From the NCBI GenBank assembly GCA_950097015.1, contig CATNEN010000025.1, positions 5,022,001 through 5,086,000 on the forward strand: a stretch of DNA of 64,000 bases, read 5' to 3'. The DNA is from Macrostomum hystrix. Its lineage: Eukaryota > Animalia > Platyhelminthes. The translations under genes were made by a program, and so were the position numbers. Positions 59,545 through 64,000 of this stretch are shown one piece after another. The notes below the pieces were generated by a model. That model saw only the letters and a list, made by a program, of their open reading frames with translations. It did no database searches and had not been told where the DNA came from. Positions within the stretch are counted from its first letter, which is position 1. The number at the start of each line of letters is the position of its first letter.

Positions 59545-60737
59545 TTACTGGCTCCAGATGAAGTTGTCGCATTCGGCTGATGCACTGCAGGAGTCTGCAA
59601 GATGGGTTTGTGTTGACGGTTGACAGGAAGGCTAGTACAATGCTCCAAATTTATTTATTAAAATTTACAATCATATATAAAACAATTTCATTAAAAGCAG
59701 ACAGTTTACGGAAGAGCTAGATCAGATGTGCATTCAGGTGTACAAATTATGAGGCAGAAAGTAGTGGGTTAGAAGGGGAGGGTGAGTGGCAGAGCAGTCG
59801 AACTCGTTTGCCTCTCGCGCCAAGGTCCCTGAGTTTGATTCAGCGGCGAGGCCCCATTCAGTTGGGTTACAGTCGTTGGCAAAAGGCTTGGGGTCTTGAG
59901 AGCCAACCTTAACCTCATAGTCATATGGTGTGAAACACAATGAGAGTGTACACTGACGGACGATGCGAAAGTCAGGGCTGCAGATGTACAGTATCTGTGA
60001 GCGCGTGTGCTCAGGAGTCAACTGAATGGGGCAGAAATGAGCCAGAAGATTGCTACAAATGGGTTAAAAACGGACATTGCCGTATGCGACACTGTAGACG
60101 CACCGAGGTCGCAGCAGACTCCCGGGGCCGTGCATCTTCCGGTGCCCGACTGGCATCGCATTGGTAGCCGGCGGCGGCACTGCATGATCGCCCGGCTGCT
60201 GCCGGCGCCGCAGGCTTCGTCGCCAACGAGGCAGCCGAAGTTGCCGCAGCAGAGGCTGCGACCGACGCAGGCGCCGGTGCCAGAGGCGCATGTCAGGCAA
60301 GAGCTGGCCTGATCGCCTGAAAGGAGGCAGTCGACAGTTGAGTTGCGACTGCTACTCAAACCCTTCTGTACTATTATTTCTTGTCTTTTTGGGTGTTTAA
60401 CAATCCAGCATTATGGCAGCCGTGATCGGGTCACGGCTTGTTTGGATGACACCGATAAATCAATATGGAGTCAAGATAAGTTAGCTGAATGGGACTGATG
60501 CTTCTCATTGCTATAGTTCTCTTCTGCCTCATTGTGTACTTAGGAGTGCAGCTGATTGGGCCTAACTCTGTTTGTCTACCAAAGACGCGGCACTGCTCAC
60601 CACCCGCTGCACTCACCCGCATAGCTCCTCTTCTTGCCGCCGGGCGGGCAGTTGGCGACAAAGCAGAGCTCGGCAAGGTGGCACGTAGCGAGCAGCAGGA
60701 CTAGCAGGTGGGCCAGGGACTTGGTGTTGTGCAGCAT
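59545..60737 (-). CDS. OXT/AVP: Oxytocin/vasopressin-family prepro-hormone with neurophysin; exons 60737-60617, 60316-60104, 59594-59545, 127 aa; peptide CFVANCPPG-amide
   Basis: Signal MLHNTKSLAHLLVLLLATCHLA(EL), then CFVANCPPG-G-KKR, then a neurophysin with all 14 Cys (C..C, CVGRSLCC, GC, CTAPGVCC, DSC, EC). Two phase-1 GT-AG introns give an open frame. Confidence 0.95.
59784..60030 (+). mobile_element. SINE family A copy, antisense in intron 2 of the oxytocin/vasopressin-like gene
   Basis: TGGCAGAGCAGT A box and GAGTTTGATTC B box; a more diverged body shared with 12936-13215. Confidence 0.8.
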
Positions 60738-61894
60738 CTTCACAGCTGTAACAGTGGCTGCAGAAATACTAGATAATTCTGAAATGTGCAAGTAGAAGTT
60801 TAAACATCAAATATCTCCCACTGAAATACCGGCCCAGAAACTAACAAATCCTTTTTTGTAAGTTGCGCTAATTAATAGAGTGAATCTTCAAATTTCAAGG
60901 CGCATCTCAGTGTGACTTAGAGAATACAATTCTTTGTAAATGTATTATGTCGCATTCAGCTACACCTGCATTTCAGCAGCTTCTTAAAGCAAGCTTCGGT
61001 GATTCGGGATTCAGTGATTTAGAAAATGGAAACTTTCAGCTTCGCTATGAATCAGAGAGCGCAGGGCTGGTTGATTGACAGGTTGAGCAGAAGTTTTCCT
61101 CGTACTCACTCAAGCGGTGAATGTGTCTCGCAGGTGCGGGTTTTGTCAGGTTTTTGTTTTATCAGGGCTGCTCCGGAGTCGATCAGCTCGTCAGTCTTGA
61201 AACTGCAGTGCTTTGAGCTCCGAATCGCGCAGGTGTATTTGTAGGCAGGTGGCCCGGCCAATGGGAGCTAGCCTTGTCAGTCAGATCGGCTTGTCGGATT
61301 TATTTGTCTGAGCCTGCGCGTCACCGCCTCCCCCGCAACTCAGTCTCGAGTTGCTCCGCAGCAGAATCGTGCCCGAATGCTTTCCAGAGTTGAAAACTTT
61401 GATGCTAATCTCACACCCTGGGCAATGGAGACTGGTCACGAAATTGTGAATCTTTTCAAAATATTCTTCAAATTTCCTTTAGTCCTCCTTTACTTTTCAA
61501 AATTATGAAAACCAAATAGACACTGACAAACTAATTAACTACGAGTAAATAACTAAGCAAGTAAGTAAGCAAGTTACTAACTACGAAGTTTTTAATTAAA
61601 ACTAAAACGAATAATAATTCTAAGGAAAACATTAAACTAAAAATGCATGAGATATCAGGAAAATGCCATGGAATTTGTGGAGAATAGCATTAGATATCTA
61701 GGGAATATCTTAACTTCTTGAAGAGATAGCACAATATTTTCAGGAGAAAGAATGAGATTTTTAAGGATAACATAATACGTTGAGGTTACAGCAATTTTTT
61801 TCCGAGAGGATAGAATGATATATTGATGGGAAGCAGGAATTATCGAGGGTACGTGTTTGCATTATCGACGGAATAGCATGAATTGTCCAGGAGA

Positions 61895-62585
61895 AAGCAT
61901 GAATTATCAACTGAGAAGCATGAATTATCAACTGAGAAGCATGAATTATCAACTGAGAAGCATGAATTATCAACTGAGAAGCATGAATTATCAATTGAGA
62001 AGCATGAATTATCAACTGAGAAGCATGAATTATCAATTGAGAAGCATGAATTATCAACTGAGAGGCATGAATTATCAACTGAGAAGCATGAATTATCAAT
62101 TGAGAAGCATGAATTATCAACTGAGAGGCATGAATTATCAACTGAGAAGCATGAATCATCAACTGAGAAGCATGAATTATCAACTGAGAGGCATGAATTA
62201 TCAACTGAGAAGCATGAATTATCAACTGAGAAGCATGAATTATCAACTGAGAAGCATGAATTATCAACTGAGAAGCATGAATTATCAACTGAGAAGCATG
62301 AATTATCAACTGAGAAGCATGAATTATCAACTGAGAAGCATGAATTATCAACTGAGAAGCATGAATTATCAACTGAGAAGCATGAATTATCAACTGAGAG
62401 GCATGAATTATCAACTGAGAAGCATGAATTATCAACTGAGAAGCATGAATTATCAATTGAGAAGCATGAATTATCAACTGAGAGGCATGAATTATCAACT
62501 GAGAAGCATGAATTATCAACTGAGAAGCATGAATTATCAACTGAGAAGCATGAATTATCAACTGAGAAGCATGAATTATAAACGG
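61895..62585. repeat. 21-bp minisatellite (GCATGAATTATCAACTGAGAA)n
   Basis: About 32 units with degenerate flanks. Confidence 0.97.
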
Positions 62586-62672
62586 AATAGCATAAATTTA
62601 CGATGCGAAACAGGTATTACCGAGGGGGGAGCATAAATTACCGATGGGAATAGAATGTATTATACTGGGGAA

Positions 62673-63556
62673 TAGGGGTGCTTGGAGTTTGGGGTCGGGT
62701 CGGGTTTTGGCGCTGGGTTCGTGGTTCGGGGTAGGCGTTCGGGTTCGGGTTTCGGGTCGGGTTTTGGTACCGGGTTCGAGGTTTTCGGGTTTTTTTTTAC
62801 GAGTTGAAACGAAATTAAGCTTAAGCGGAGTATTTCCAGGTTTTTTTCGCGTATAATTAATTTATTAAGTCGTTTTAAATATCATTCTAGCATGCTAACT
62901 TACCTTATTATGCGCAACAATTTACACAAAAGATAGAAATGAAATTCAGATTCATATGATATGATATGATCTAGTTATTATTATGATTTGTGTTGATGCT
63001 CCATCTGATCAGATAGTCCTTCATCTAAGTACACACTAAGCTAACTTAGCTAAAAAGTTAAGTTTTCGTTTTTTTCATTGAACATTTAAGGAAATATCTG
63101 AATAAGAGAGTAATGAGAGAGTGAGAGAATCAAAGAGAGGCAGTGCTAAATAAAATGTAAAGCTGATACGAAACGATGCGATACCATCCTTGTAGAGAAA
63201 AGATTTCGTTGAATAGACTAGAGTCGAAAAAAAAAGAAAACCATTTTTTTCTCGCATTTATTTCGTTGAAACAATTAGTGATCCAGATTATGACTTATAG
63301 TGAGATGAAGCATTGAATGTTAGAGAACTTAGAGCCCTTGAAGAAAAGCAGATAATCTAACCCTTTTGCAGTGTTTCGACATGATACTGCAGTGTTACTT
63401 TCCAAGCGCACTTTAAAATGCAAAAAAAACAGTGCAACAATTTTGATTCTTATTGAGTATTGATGTTTTTTCGGGTAGAATTTCGAGGTCGGGTCGGTTT
63501 TTGGTCCGGGTCGGGTTCGGGGTAAGAGCTCGAAAAATCGAAACCCGAACACCCTA
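62673..63556. mobile_element. Non-autonomous hAT-type DNA transposon, 884 bp
   Basis: Ends TAGGGGTG and CACCCTA, exact 8-bp TSD CTGGGGAA (62665-62672 and 63557-63564), and subterminal CGGGT/ACCCG clusters at both ends. Confidence 0.85.
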
Positions 63557-63734
63557 CTGGGGAAGCATTAATTATTAAGGGTAAAGCATGAATTATCGAG
63601 GGAAAACATGATATACGAGCGTATCAAGGGGTATCGAGGGGAAGCATTACTTACAGAGGGGGTAATAATAATAATAATAATAATTGCAGGAGGGCTGCGG
63701 GCAATGACACATAGTTTGTTGACACTAGACCCGC

Positions 63735-64000
63735 AGCCAGCGAGGAGGCCTCCTGAGCACACACGCACACAGATACCGTACGCAGGCACACGCTCACACA
63801 GGTGTGTACATCTGCCCTGACTTTCTCATTGTCAGGCAGTGTACACTCTCACTGTGCCTTGGAGGTTGGCCCTCAAGGGCGTAAATTGCACGACAAGCCC
63901 CCAAGCCTTCTCTCCGCGGCTGCGCCCCAAATAAATGTGGCCTCGCCGTGGAATCGAACTTAGGGACTGTGATGCGAGTGGCAAACGCGTTAACCGCTCT
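63735..64000 (-). mobile_element. SINE family A copy, cut by the window end
   Basis: Near-identical to the reverse complement of 12936-13215. Confidence 0.85.

Noticed and set aside
61761-62636. IIHASQL, MNYQLRS and HELSTEK ORFs
   Set aside because: 21-bp minisatellite translations.

Overview
This window is animal genomic DNA, not prokaryotic. It has GT-AG introns packed with mini- and microsatellites, GC-rich exons, tRNA-derived SINEs and DNA-transposon relics. The style resembles a free-living flatworm such as Macrostomum (inference only). I reconstructed the following genes by hand from splice sites and reading phase. (1) A class B1 (secretin-like) GPCR on + (about 14957/18183-26239) carrying two complete hormone-binding ectodomains on separate phase 0/0 exons. 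(2) NUDT2/Ap4A hydrolase (-). (3) An intronless synaptotagmin-like gene with a signal peptide and a lumenal pro-region (+). (4) An orphan gene of about 700 aa (-). (5) A secreted Cys-domain/mucin/His-Gly-Arg-Tyr-repeat protein (+). (6) Rab21 (-). (7) TMEM117 with a long N-terminal extension and a (CDCGG)n tail (-). (8) A three-exon oxytocin/vasopressin-neurophysin precursor encoding CFVANCPPG-amide (-). Mobile elements are a Merlin and a hAT non-autonomous element (both with 8-bp TSDs), a Harbinger-like MITE, a decayed DIRS/Ngaro retroelement, LINE and integrase relics, and two SINE families. Almost all of the very long ORFs in the supplied track are minisatellite artefacts. No CRISPR array, rRNA gene or true tRNA gene is supported.
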